From Candidatus Vogelbacteria bacterium (lineage in GTDB: Bacteria; Patescibacteriota; Minisyncoccia; Phycocordibacterales; XYD1-FULL-46-19), in contig CAIPHT010000017.1 of assembly GCA_903864935.1 (NCBI GenBank), forward strand, positions 16,096 to 80,095: DNA of 64,000 bases, written 5' to 3'. Positions 52,715-61,988 of this stretch are shown piece by piece. Position 1 is the first letter of the stretch. Each line of letters opens with the position of its first letter. Under the pieces are notes generated by a model. That model ran no database searches. It was not told where the DNA came from and worked only from the letters and a program-made list of their open reading frames with translations. Position numbers and translations under genes: made by a program.

Positions 52715-53575
52715 ATGGCCCTATCTAAAGCCGAAATTTTACAAGCTAGTCGGGAGCGTGACCGGCATAAGCGGCAGGGAGCCGTTTTTATAGGAGTGGG
52801 TCTTATTATTCTTATTGTTGGTGTCTTTTTGATTCTCCTCAACCTTTCTTTTTTGCGGGTTAACAATGTGAAGATTATTGGCCAAACTAGCGCCGACCCA
52901 GATACGATCAAAGAGTTCGTGAATAAACAATTGACCGGACGGTATCTCGGTCTTGTCCCCAAGAGTAGTATTTTCTTTGTCACTAAGAGTGTTCTCGTTA
53001 ATGGGGTTTCGCGAGAATTCCCTGGCTTGGCTAAGGTGAGTATTACTTGGCCTGACCTCAACACTTTGGCTATTCTCATTGTTGATCGTGAGTCTAAAGT
53101 GCTCTGGTGTGTGGATGGTGAGAAAGATAAGAGTTGTTATTACTTATCACCTGAGGGGCTGGCTTATCAAGAAGCGCCAAGTTTCTCCGACGCCCTTTTT
53201 ATTGAACTGCATACTAAGCAACCTTTGAAAAAAATAGGGGAGAAGGTGATTGATCCAAAAACTTTAATCAGAACGACAGCCTTTCTTAATTTTATGAAGA
53301 GCTCAATGACCTTATGGCCTAAGTCGGGATTACTTTTGTCGCGCGCCGAGGTTTATTCGCAAAATGATTTTATTGCTTTTCTCTTCGACCCTGCTAATCC
53401 CGCTTGGCAAGCGCAAGTTCTCTTTAATGTTGATCGTGGGGCCAATAACTTGATTACCGACTTCCACTCCGTCCTTAAGAACGACAAATTCCAGTCCGAT
53501 TGGAAGGCGGGCAACGGCGGGCTCAATTATCTTGACCTCCGCTTCCCTGGGAAGGTTTTTTACAGGTTCCGCTAA
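52715..53575 (+). CDS. ftsQ: FtsQ/DivIB-like cell division protein with a TM helix and a POTRA domain
   Basis: Short cytoplasmic N-terminus, TM (AVFIGVGLIILIVGVFLILL), then a POTRA-like pattern VNNVKIIGQT....I........G....V.......L......V..V.I.WPDLNTLAILIVDRE. Confidence 0.5.
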   Translation: MALSKAEILQASRERDRHKRQGAVFIGVGLIILIVGVFLILLNLSFLRVNNVKIIGQTSADPDTIKEFVNKQLTGRYLGLVPKSSIFFVTKSVLVNGVSREFPGLAKVSITWPDLNTLAILIVDRESKVLWCVDGEKDKSCYYLSPEGLAYQEAPSFSDALFIELHTKQPLKKIGEKVIDPKTLIRTTAFLNFMKSSMTLWPKSGLLLSRAEVYSQNDFIAFLFDPANPAWQAQVLFNVDRGANNLITDFHSVLKNDKFQSDWKAGNGGLNYLDLRFPGKVFYRFR

Positions 53576-53590
53576 AGGCGCGAGGCTTTT

Positions 53591-53680
53591 CAAAATTACT
53601 AAGCCTCGCTTAACTGCCGGGCTACAAATGAGGGGATTTTTGACATTGACAGGGAGGTATTGTTAGTGCTATAATTAAAG
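53591..53680 (+). promoter_or_regulatory. Promoter module copy 1: conserved 45-nt upstream block, then TTGACA, an 18-nt spacer and TGcTATAAT
   Basis: caaaattactaagcctcgcttaactgccgggctacaaatgagggg...ttgacagggaggtattgttagtgctataat. About 88 percent identical by eye to copy 2 at 54531-54623. Confidence 0.65.
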
Positions 53681-53739
53681 TAGAAAGAATAAACGGCTAC
53701 TGGCAAAGCCAGCAAGCTTTTGAAAAGGAAGGAGCTGCT

Positions 53740-54357
53740 ATGAAGGATCCTCTTACCATTCTCTTTGTTGAGGATGGCGATGGACACTTTGCTGACCTGC
53801 AGCAGATGCTGGCCATCGAGATTCCTCGCTTGCCGATCCGGGTCAACGCGCTTTTTGCTCGCACCCAAGTCGAAGCCGAGGCCCTGCTAAATCAGGCTGA
53901 TGCCGTGATGACCGATGTTTTCTTTCCCGCCGAAGTCGGAGACAAAGAAGCCGGTAACGGTCTGGCAATTGTCGCGCTCTGCTTGGAGAAGAAAAAACCC
54001 GTGGTTTGGATCACAAGCACCTATCATCATGGGACGAAGACTGACCCTCTCAACGAATGGGGGTGTAAACACGGCCTCAAGATGTTCGACTCCTGCACTC
54101 CGGACTCAACTAGTGAGAACGATACAGAGGGCGATCATAAGCCGTGGAAGTCAGCCCTTTTGGGACTCTTCTATGTGATTGTGGCTGTCGAAAGCGGGGC
54201 GGCGATCTTCAAGGATGGCTGCATTATTCAGAGCCGTAACGGTCATGGCCTTCATCACTGCATGTACGATATACATTACTATTGCAGTGGGGAAGGAGAC
54301 CTCTCTCGGGAGCCGGTTCTGATCAAGATGAAGGAAGAGGGGTTCCCCCTCGACTGA
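53740..54357 (+). CDS. stand-alone CheY-like receiver-domain protein with an additional C-terminal region of unknown function (GC-rich, SD-led)
   Basis: AAGGAG RBS. ILFVEDGDG..L.., then a hydrophobic beta-strand followed by the Asp of AVMTDVFFP (candidate phospho-acceptor). The conserved Thr is in VVWITST. Confidence 0.5.
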   Translation: MKDPLTILFVEDGDGHFADLQQMLAIEIPRLPIRVNALFARTQVEAEALLNQADAVMTDVFFPAEVGDKEAGNGLAIVALCLEKKKPVVWITSTYHHGTKTDPLNEWGCKHGLKMFDSCTPDSTSENDTEGDHKPWKSALLGLFYVIVAVESGAAIFKDGCIIQSRNGHGLHHCMYDIHYYCSGEGDLSREPVLIKMKEEGFPLD

Positions 54358-54530
54358 ACTCTTTCCACAATACTTTCCGCCCGCAGTGCCGCCTGGCTCT
54401 GTCGGGCGGTTTCTGTTTATCTCAATTATATGTGAAGCCCCGAGTGCTTCACATCATCCGACCGTGCCCGCCAAAGCTTTAGTGTCAGCGGCGGTTGTTT
54501 TACTGAACGAGCCCTCGCTTGAATCCCCAG

Positions 54531-54623
54531 CTCAAAATTACTAAGCTTCGCTTAACTGCAGGGCTACAAATAAGGTGATTTCTGGTCTTGACAGAGAGGG
54601 GTCATTGGTGCTATAATTAAAAG
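54531..54623 (+). promoter_or_regulatory. Promoter module copy 2 (TTGACA, 18-nt spacer, TGcTATAAT) upstream of the small gene at 54675
   Basis: ctcaaaattactaagcttcgcttaactgcagggctacaaataaggtgatttctggtcttgacagagaggggtcattggtgctataat. Confidence 0.65.
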
Positions 54624-54674
54624 AGAGTAACTTTGTATCGTCTAGTGCTTCTAAACTTGAGACAGGAGGTCTAT

Positions 54675-54872
54675 ATGGACAAGATTTACGAGGACAATGA
54701 CTTGATTGTAAGTGTTGATTCAGACCTTGGGGTTGTTGTTGAGTTGAAATCTCGCGACAATGTCGGTGTCAGGATTGACCCCACCCTGGGGTCCTTGGTT
54801 GTCCAGGTGAGAGCTGGGTCGGAGATGGTTGTCTCCGGGAAGGGGATGACGGAAATCCGAGCCTTGACATAG
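54675..54872 (+). CDS. small hypothetical protein (65 aa), GC-rich, AGGAGG RBS
   Basis: MDKIYEDNDLIVSVDSDLGVVVELKSRDNVGVRIDPTLGSLVVQVRAGSEMVVSGKGMTEIRALT. Followed by a strong terminator. Confidence 0.45.
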   Translation: MDKIYEDNDLIVSVDSDLGVVVELKSRDNVGVRIDPTLGSLVVQVRAGSEMVVSGKGMTEIRALT

Positions 54873-54883
54873 AAGACTTTTTG

Positions 54884-54940
54884 TCACCGCCGGACGACCA
54901 GCGAGAAATCGCTGGCTCGTCTGGCGGTTTTTCGTTTTTA
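54884..54940 (+). terminator. long imperfect hairpin (about 19 bp: caccgccggacgaccagcga-gaaa-tcgctggctcgtctggcggt) plus a T-run
   Basis: read directly. Confidence 0.7.
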
Positions 54941-54988
54941 TACACAGTCTGGTCGGGCAAAGTCGTGAATTTGTAGTATAATTAAATC

Positions 54989-55384
54989 ATGCGCTTTCTA
55001 GCGATTATTGTTAACTATATCATCTGGCATTATACGCGGGCGATTTTGGAATTCAGTCATATTTATAAAAATATTCTATCTTTTCTTTTTAATTTCTTTT
55101 CGATCCCGATTCTTATTCGTTCTTATTTTGCCCCGTGGCGTCGCATGGGTGAAGATTATACCAAGAATATTGTCACGGACTTGGAGGATGTGGCCTCGGT
55201 CTTTGTGGTGAACACCATTATGCGTTTGGTGGGTATGGTAATGCGCACGATAATTATTGTCTTGGGGCTTCTCTTTATTGCTTTGGTTGCCTTGTTTTAT
55301 CCCATCTTACTTTTTATCTGGCTGATTATGCCCTTGATTTTAATTTTCCTAGTAACGCTCGGGGTTGGCCTAATTATCAATTAA
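54989..55384 (+). CDS. small polytopic membrane protein, hypothetical
   Basis: 131 aa with at least 3 hydrophobic helices. Overlaps the next gene by 4 nt, so it is probably co-transcribed. Confidence 0.55.
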   Translation: MRFLAIIVNYIIWHYTRAILEFSHIYKNILSFLFNFFSIPILIRSYFAPWRRMGEDYTKNIVTDLEDVASVFVVNTIMRLVGMVMRTIIIVLGLLFIALVALFYPILLFIWLIMPLILIFLVTLGVGLIIN

Positions 55385-55387
55385 GAT

Positions 55388-57838
55388 ATGGATATTAAAC
55401 AAATTTTAAAAAGTAGTCCGCTTTATCCTGTCCTTGTTGTGGAATCTATTTTGTCTTCGCGTTGGCGAACCTTCATTATCAAGCTTAGCAGTATATTATT
55501 GCTCTTATTGTTTGCTCTCGCCACCTTCTTTTCCTTTGCCAATCCGGAGTTGGTCTTGGTGGCGCCTCGGGTTTGGGGCTTGGTTTGTCTCGCCCTTGCC
55601 TTTTATATTATGGCGAAGATGACGGAGTGGCACTTCAACTCCTCTTATTATTTTGATAATGTGGCGCTCAATCGCTATAAGCCCGGCGATCTCTTTACCT
55701 TCACCGTGGGGCGAGTTCTTATGTCGACCAAAGGGGGAGATGTCCTTGCGGGCTTCATGACTTCTTCGGTTGGACACCATATTCTCTCACGTTGTGGTAT
55801 CTCAAGCAGTGACATTAAGAAATTTCTTGAATTGCGACCGGTGGGACAATTCTATAAATTGCCGATTAATTCTGATCGAGTTTTGAAATTGCGCGAGCTT
55901 GGCACCTTTCTCTTCGAAAATGACAAAAGTTTTTCACAATTTCTCGCTGAGCACGGTATCAACCAAGAAAAATTAATCGGAGCGCTCAATTGGGTGGTCT
56001 ATGAGATTGAGTTCGGCGAATATCGCAAGCGTTGGTGGAGTGAGACCAATCTGGCTAAATTGCCTGGCATCGCCAAGGATTGGGGCTTTGGCAACACTGG
56101 TACGCTCGATCAATACAGCTGGGATTTAATTTATGGGCTCGAGTTCTCATCTGACCTCTACGAATATTCTTCGCGTCTAGACGAAATCAGCCAGATTGAA
56201 ACAATTTTATCGAAACAAAAAGAGGCCAACGTCTTTATTGTGGCCGATACTTCGGGGGAGCGAATGGACGCCGTCTGGCATGTTGTTCGACAAATTAAAG
56301 ACGGTACGGCTTCGCCCGCCCTCGAGCACAAGCGTCCCGTTCTCTTCAATTCGGCCGTCTTCCTCTCTCGTTTCAAAAATAAGTCTGACCTGGAGACCGA
56401 GTTGCTAAAAATTTTTAGAGAGGTTAGCTCGGCCGGCAATGTTATTTTAATTTTTGACAATTTCTCAGCTTTTCTTCGTGGTTTCGAAGCTCTGCAATCT
56501 AATTTGCTCGAATTGCTTTACTCTTTTCTTAATTCTAACGCCGTTCAGGTCGTCGGTCTTACTAGTAATGATGACTTCCATCGTGACCTCGAGAATAATT
56601 CTACCTTGATGACCCTCTTTGATCGGGTTTTTATTCGTCCACTTCCGGTCGAATCAATTATCCATAATCTAGAGCAAACAGTTTGGTCAATTGAGGCGCG
56701 CTATAAATTATTCTTTACTTATCCGGCCCTCTTGGCCATTGTCACAGGGGCGGACAAATATTTTGCCGTTAGTGACTCGGGCGATAAGGCAGTAGATCTC
56801 TTGACGGAGATTATCCCTTGGGCGACAGGTCGAGGTTATAAGGTTATTGGCGAGGACGAGGTCAATGAGTTATTGCAGAGCAAATCAGGAATTCCGGTTG
56901 GCAAAATTAACGAAGCCGAGAAAGAGAATTTAATGTTGTTAGAGAAAAATCTTGCCAAGCGAGTTGTGGGGCAAAGTGAGGCGATTAATCAAGTTAGCAA
57001 TGCTCTTCGTCGAGCTCGCTCGGGCATACGCAACGACAAGAAGCCGATTGGCTCTTTCTTGTTCCTTGGCCCGACTGGTGTGGGTAAGACTGAGACAGCC
57101 AAGGCTCTCGCCGAAATTATGTTTGGTAATGAGAAGATGTTGCTTCGCCTCGATATGGCTGAATTCCAGACCCCTGAAGGGGCCGACACCCTTATTGGTT
57201 CGGCGGCCGATGGCAAACCGGGGGTCTTAGCTAATCTGGTGCGCGAACATTCTTACGGCGTCTTATTGCTTGATGAGTTCGAGAAGGCTCACGCGGACGT
57301 CCACGATTTGTTTCTCACTATTTTTGACGAGGGTTATTTTTCTGACAAGAGTGGCCGACAAGTAAGTTTGCGCAATATGATTATCATTGCCACTTCTAAT
57401 GCTGGAGCCGATACTATCTGGGAAAGTCTCAAGGCTGGCAAAAAGCCAGAGACAGACGTCTTGATTAATGATCTGGTCGAGCGAGCCATCTTCAAGCCCG
57501 AATTATTGAATCGTTTTGACGCGGTCGTGATTTATCATCCTCTGGCCGAAGTTGAGCTTAATCAAATTTCTCGACTAATGCTTGGTCGCTTGGCTTCGCG
57601 TTTGGCTAACCAAGGTGTCACTCTGATGATTAGCGATTATTTAGTGCAAGTGGTGGCCAAGCTTGGGGCCAACGAGGTCTTTGGGGCTCGCCCAATGCAA
57701 CGTTTTATCCAAGATAAGATTGAACAACAAATTGCCGATAGCCTTATCCGTGGAGATGTGGCGAGTGGTGGGATTATCGCTTTCGAACCGCAAACTGAGA
57801 CACATGAACCAATTCTGATTGTCAAAAATTTAAAATGA
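55388..57838 (+). CDS. Membrane-anchored Clp/Hsp100-like AAA+ ATPase with an N-terminal TM region, a degenerate D1-like module with no Walker A, and an intact ClpB-type D2 module with no IGF loop.
   Basis: TM helices in the first 100 aa. The middle region keeps ...GNVILIFDNFSAFLRG (compare ILFIDEIH of D1), but the position of GEAGTGKT reads VFIVADTSGERMD. The C-terminal 330 aa contain VVGQSEAINQVSNALRRARSG, Walker A GPTGVGKTETAKALA, Walker B LLLDEFEKAH, sensor IIIATSNAG and a D2-small domain. Confidence 0.8.
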   Translation: MDIKQILKSSPLYPVLVVESILSSRWRTFIIKLSSILLLLLFALATFFSFANPELVLVAPRVWGLVCLALAFYIMAKMTEWHFNSSYYFDNVALNRYKPGDLFTFTVGRVLMSTKGGDVLAGFMTSSVGHHILSRCGISSSDIKKFLELRPVGQFYKLPINSDRVLKLRELGTFLFENDKSFSQFLAEHGINQEKLIGALNWVVYEIEFGEYRKRWWSETNLAKLPGIAKDWGFGNTGTLDQYSWDLIYGLEFSSDLYEYSSRLDEISQIETILSKQKEANVFIVADTSGERMDAVWHVVRQIKDGTASPALEHKRPVLFNSAVFLSRFKNKSDLETELLKIFREVSSAGNVILIFDNFSAFLRGFEALQSNLLELLYSFLNSNAVQVVGLTSNDDFHRDLENNSTLMTLFDRVFIRPLPVESIIHNLEQTVWSIEARYKLFFTYPALLAIVTGADKYFAVSDSGDKAVDLLTEIIPWATGRGYKVIGEDEVNELLQSKSGIPVGKINEAEKENLMLLEKNLAKRVVGQSEAINQVSNALRRARSGIRNDKKPIGSFLFLGPTGVGKTETAKALAEIMFGNEKMLLRLDMAEFQTPEGADTLIGSAADGKPGVLANLVREHSYGVLLLDEFEKAHADVHDLFLTIFDEGYFSDKSGRQVSLRNMIIIATSNAGADTIWESLKAGKKPETDVLINDLVERAIFKPELLNRFDAVVIYHPLAEVELNQISRLMLGRLASRLANQGVTLMISDYLVQVVAKLGANEVFGARPMQRFIQDKIEQQIADSLIRGDVASGGIIAFEPQTETHEPILIVKNLK

Positions 57839-58884
57839 TTAAAGTTAGGAATTTTTTAATTAGGAATCATCACATTCGTTGGGGAGTTGTTGGCCTTATT
57901 TTTTTGGCGATCATTTTTGTTTTTTGTTTTGCCACTTGGGCTGTAATGAAGATTACTTATTATACTCTCTGGCGTGAGCACTCTATATCGTATCAGTCAC
58001 AAGATTTGGCTAATAGTACCGATATTGAACAGACCATCTCCTCCTATCTTCTTGATAAGCCAGTGACCAATTTGCCTTTGTCAGCAGGGGCCTTCTTAGT
58101 TAGTGACCTTACTTCTAAAGAGACAGTCGTGGGACGTAATGAGGACCAAGTTTTACCCATCGCTTCGGTGACCAAACTTATTACCGCTTCGGTGGCTGAA
58201 CAATTATTAAGACCCGACCAGCCCGTCGTTGTCACCAAGGAGGCGTGGCAAACCTATGGCAATACCGGCCAGCTCAGTGTGGGAGAGAAGTTGCCACTTA
58301 AGATTATTCTCTACCCTTTGCTCCTAACTTCGAGCAATGATGCGGCTGAGGCGATTGCCACTGCTTATGGTCGAGATAAGTTTATTAGCAAGATGAATGA
58401 GTTTGCCAAGAGTATTGGGATGACCCATACCCACTTCGATGACCCGAGTGGTTTGTCGGCTGATAATCTCTCAACGCCTAACGACTTGTCTAAATTGGCG
58501 AGCTATTTGTATGAGAAAAAACCGGAGCTCCTGGCCATTACCAGAGAGACCTCTTACCACTTCGGTCGCCATACTTGGACCAACTATAATAATGTCTCTC
58601 TGATGAAGTATTATATCGGGGGCAAGAATGGTTATACCACTGAGGCCAATCGCACTCTTGTCTCACTCTTCGAGGTGCCAATCAACAGTTCGTCATCAGC
58701 CAATTCTAAGGTGACAGTAAAGAAGAACCGTCTCTTGGCCGTCGTCTTGCTCCAAAGTGATGACAAAAAGAAGGATGCTCGCAATTTAATAAATTATTTG
58801 GCTCGCTACGCCTCCTTCAATAATGGCAAGAACGGCTTCGTGCCGATTAACCCCCCGTCAGTTAGCGGATTGCCTAAAACCTAA
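57835..58884 (+). CDS. dacA: D-alanyl-D-alanine carboxypeptidase (penicillin-binding protein, S11 family), membrane-anchored
   Basis: SxxK (ASVTK), SxN (SSND) and K(T/N)G (KNGYT) active-site triads with appropriate spacing. N-terminal TM. Confidence 0.7.
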   Translation: MIKVRNFLIRNHHIRWGVVGLIFLAIIFVFCFATWAVMKITYYTLWREHSISYQSQDLANSTDIEQTISSYLLDKPVTNLPLSAGAFLVSDLTSKETVVGRNEDQVLPIASVTKLITASVAEQLLRPDQPVVVTKEAWQTYGNTGQLSVGEKLPLKIILYPLLLTSSNDAAEAIATAYGRDKFISKMNEFAKSIGMTHTHFDDPSGLSADNLSTPNDLSKLASYLYEKKPELLAITRETSYHFGRHTWTNYNNVSLMKYYIGGKNGYTTEANRTLVSLFEVPINSSSSANSKVTVKKNRLLAVVLLQSDDKKKDARNLINYLARYASFNNGKNGFVPINPPSVSGLPKT

Positions 58885-58904
58885 AAATCTTCTTTAATAA
58901 GGGG

Positions 58905-59963
58905 ATGAGTAATTTCTGGCAAGAACTAAAAGATTCTAAAAAGACGTTCTTTGTCTTGGCACCAATGTATGACGTGACCGACGCGGCTTTTCGCCAGATG
59001 TTTGTTAAGTATGGAAGGCCCGATGTTTTTTTCACCGAATTCGTCTCGGCCGACGGCTTAGCTAGCGAAGCTGGGTGCGAAAAATTAAAACGTGAACTTT
59101 ATTTTGAAGAAAACGAGCACCCAATCGTCGCCCAAATTTTTGGTTCTAATCCTGAGACAATTAAAACGGCGGTTAAGTTGATCAAAGAGCTTGGTTTTGA
59201 TGGCGTGGATATTAATATGGGTTGTCCTGATCGTGCTGTCGAGAAGCAGGGGGCTGGCTCGGCTCTTATCAAGAACCCTAAGCGGGCGCAAGAAATAATT
59301 TTAGCGGCCAAGGAAGCCGCCCGTTCGACGAACTCAGGGCAAGGAGACATGCCTGTCTCGGTTAAGACGCGTCTGGGTTATAACAAAATTGATTTGGATT
59401 GGATTAAGAATATTTTAGAAACAAAACCTTCGGCCCTGACCGTACACTTGCGCACGCGCAAAGAAATGTCTAAAGAAGATGCCCATTGGGAAGAGGCCAA
59501 ACTTTTGGGCGAGCTTGGGCGTGAATATGATGTCCCGATTATCTGTAATGGCGATGTTACGAGCGTTGAACAGGGGATTGAACTCGCTAAGAAATATAAA
59601 ATCGACGGCATCATGATTGGGCGTGGTGCTTTTGGCAAACCGTGGCTCTTCGGAGGCTCGGCTGTGAGAAATGCGACTTCAAGTGAGCCCGAAGTCGTTT
59701 TTCGCACAGTTGAGCCAGACTTACCAACAAGACTTAAAATCATGCTCAAGCATTCTCGCCTCTTCGAAAAATTATATTTGCTTGGCCCTACCAATGACCA
59801 GCTCTTCCACGGCCACACCAAGAACTTCGCGGTTATGCGCAAACATTTCAAAGCTTATGTCACCGGCTTCAAGGGCGCCCTTGCCCTTCGCGCCAAACTG
59901 ATGGAAACCCAAAACGCCGACGAGGTTGAAAAAATCATCACCAACTTTCTCAACTCAAGGTAA
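58905..59963 (+). CDS. dus: tRNA-dihydrouridine synthase
   Basis: FVLAPMYDVTD..FR, VAQIFG, DGVDINMGCP and SVKTRLGY are the DUS family motifs. Confidence 0.85.
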   Translation: MSNFWQELKDSKKTFFVLAPMYDVTDAAFRQMFVKYGRPDVFFTEFVSADGLASEAGCEKLKRELYFEENEHPIVAQIFGSNPETIKTAVKLIKELGFDGVDINMGCPDRAVEKQGAGSALIKNPKRAQEIILAAKEAARSTNSGQGDMPVSVKTRLGYNKIDLDWIKNILETKPSALTVHLRTRKEMSKEDAHWEEAKLLGELGREYDVPIICNGDVTSVEQGIELAKKYKIDGIMIGRGAFGKPWLFGGSAVRNATSSEPEVVFRTVEPDLPTRLKIMLKHSRLFEKLYLLGPTNDQLFHGHTKNFAVMRKHFKAYVTGFKGALALRAKLMETQNADEVEKIITNFLNSR

Positions 59964-59970
59964 TCAATCG

Positions 59971-59984
59971 TTCACGGTCGTGAA
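59971..59984. promoter_or_regulatory. third copy of the TTCACGGTCGTGAA palindrome, downstream of dus and upstream of a GC-rich small gene
   Basis: cgttcacggtcgtgaatagttta. Same core and the same ATA(A/G)TTT 3' flank as the copy at 49569. Confidence 0.6.
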
Positions 59985-60078
59985 TAGTTTATTACCTAAA
60001 AGAATCTTTTTCGCTTGATTTTTATTTAGACCAGCGCATACTTATTCTTGGGTTGATCAACACATGGAGGACTTTGTT

Positions 60079-60306
60079 ATGAAGAAGTTGTTGGCCGTGT
60101 GGTGTGCGTTTCAGGCGGGGCTTCACAAGGCCGGCTGGTTTGGCATTGTCAAGGCACTGGGCGAATTCGATCACTCCGAATTTCGCCAGAACCTTCCTCC
60201 TGAACAGGCCGAGGAGGTTCGGGCTCGCATCGTTCAAGCGAAAGACGAGGAGGCTGAAAATTTCCATCTCCACTGGGAGCGACGACGACGCCTGCTCTTC
60301 CGCTGA
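60079..60306 (+). CDS. small GC-rich hypothetical protein (75 aa) with GGAGG RBS; low confidence
   Basis: GGAGG 8 nt before the ATG at 60079 (the track start at 60064 precedes the RBS). A competing ORF exists on the minus strand (60022..60327), so the coding strand is uncertain. Confidence 0.3.
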   Translation: MKKLLAVWCAFQAGLHKAGWFGIVKALGEFDHSEFRQNLPPEQAEEVRARIVQAKDEEAENFHLHWERRRRLLFR

Positions 60307-60533
60307 AGCATAAGCAAGGAGGTTCAAATGGAAGTCTTAGATGCAATCTTTCTTTGGGATTTTTTCTGGAGGAATCTGAGGCAATTGGTGATGCTGATCT
60401 GGAATCTCATCTTCAATCCTGACAACGTTTTCTTCTCGTGAGTGTCCGGCGCGGGCCCCATCATGGGGCACGCGCCGGTTTTTGTTTTAGGATGCCTTTT
60501 GTCATCTCTCGAGCTCCTTGCTATAATCTCTTT

Positions 60534-61562
60534 ATGTCTGAAGTTGCCCTATATCGCAAATATCGCCCGAGCAAATTTAGTGAAGTGATTGGCCAGGACC
60601 AAGTCACGGGTGTCTTGGCGGAGTCTATTAAACACGACAATATTGTCCATGCTTATCTCTTCTCTGGACCACGTGGGACCGGCAAGACGAGCGTCGCCCG
60701 TATCTTCGCCAAGGCCTTGGGCACGAGCGATAACGACTTGATTGAGATTGATGGCGCCTCTAATCGCGGGATTGATGAGATTCGCGCTTTGCGTGATGCC
60801 GTGCGCACTCTACCCTTCGAATCGCGCTATAAGGTCTACATTATCGACGAGGTGCACATGTTGACTAAAGATGCCTTCAACGCCCTTCTCAAGACCTTAG
60901 AAGAGCCACCAGCGCATGTTATCTTTATCCTAGCGACCACTGAACAGCACAAAGTGCTAGAAACAATTGTCTCGCGTTGCCAGTCTTACGTTTTTAAAAA
61001 ACCAACTATTGAAATTCTTAAGAAGGTGGCTAAAGATATTGCTAAAGAAGAGGGCTTCACCGTCTCGGATGATGTGGCGGACCTCTTGGCCTTCATGGGG
61101 GACGGCTCCTTCCGTGACACTATTGGTATTTTGCAAAAAATTATCGGTTCATCGGCGGATAAGAAAATTGCACTAGAAGAAGTGGAGAGAATTACCGGCG
61201 CGCCAGCGATGAGGTTGGTTTATGATTTTATCTTAGCTCTCGCTGATGGCAATCGCGACCAGGCCTTAACCTTGATTGATAAGGGTGTAGAGACCTCTAT
61301 TGATTTCAAAATTTTCTTGAAGTTGGTAATGAGAGAAATTCGCCTCGCCTTACTTCTTGTCATGGCCCCATCTTTAGAAAATAAAATAATGAATGAAGCG
61401 GGGGAGAAAGAGACTGAATTTTTCAATACGCTTAAAACCAAACCTCAGTCCAAGATCTTGGCCCCTGCCTTGCGTGAATTTCTCGATACGTATTTACAAT
61501 TATCTGGCTCGTATCTTCCTCAAGTCCCTCTTGAACTTGCGGTAATTAAGATTTTGGGGTAA
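60534..61562 (+). CDS. dnaX: DNA polymerase III subunit gamma/tau, short form (domains I-III only)
   Basis: YRKYRP..F.EV.GQ, Walker A GPRGTGKTS, DEVHML (Walker B), SRC sensor. The ATG lies 7 nt after TGcTATAAT (60520-60527), so the gene is probably leaderless. The track start at 60438 is rejected. Confidence 0.85.
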   Translation: MSEVALYRKYRPSKFSEVIGQDQVTGVLAESIKHDNIVHAYLFSGPRGTGKTSVARIFAKALGTSDNDLIEIDGASNRGIDEIRALRDAVRTLPFESRYKVYIIDEVHMLTKDAFNALLKTLEEPPAHVIFILATTEQHKVLETIVSRCQSYVFKKPTIEILKKVAKDIAKEEGFTVSDDVADLLAFMGDGSFRDTIGILQKIIGSSADKKIALEEVERITGAPAMRLVYDFILALADGNRDQALTLIDKGVETSIDFKIFLKLVMREIRLALLLVMAPSLENKIMNEAGEKETEFFNTLKTKPQSKILAPALREFLDTYLQLSGSYLPQVPLELAVIKILG

Positions 61563-61628
61563 AAATAGAGTGGAGTTTGTAACATTTGTTCAAGACCTTG
61601 CGCAAGCAAGGTAAGCAAGGAGGTTATT

Positions 61629-61961
61629 TTGGGTGTTTATAAGTTGGCAAAAAAGAAGGGGAGTTTCAAGATTGAAGAATTCACTGCGTTTAGTTTTGGA
61701 GCGCTTCGCTCCGGAACGAGGTTTTACACCAACGAGGAAGGCTACGGGTCTTCCTATAAGAAGGAATACCCCGACCCTAAGAAAGAAAAAACCGATGATC
61801 GTAACACTCGTCGACTTGGCGGACGTGGCGGACGTTGCCACTTCTCAGACGAAGATGTTGTGTATGTGGCCTTGTCGGAGCAGAAACGGGTAAAAAGGGA
61901 GATGGCCAAGGAGGCCCTCCTTAGGGTAAATAGCAAGAAAACTGGGCCCAAGGCCCACTAA
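61629..61961 (+). CDS. small basic hypothetical protein (110 aa), GC-rich, AGGAGG RBS, TTG start
   Basis: RBS aggagg at 61617-61622. No family recognised. Confidence 0.35.
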   Translation: MGVYKLAKKKGSFKIEEFTAFSFGALRSGTRFYTNEEGYGSSYKKEYPDPKKEKTDDRNTRRLGGRGGRCHFSDEDVVYVALSEQKRVKREMAKEALLRVNSKKTGPKAH

Positions 61962-61988
61962 ACTGCGGGAGCAGAGGAGGTCTCAATC

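Noticed and set aside
60022-60327. Minus-strand 101-aa ORF opposite the 60079..60306 small gene
   Set aside because: No RBS or promoter-like signal, and the translation is low-complexity. The plus-strand ORF has a GGAGG RBS. The coding strand remains uncertain, so only the plus ORF is listed, at low confidence.
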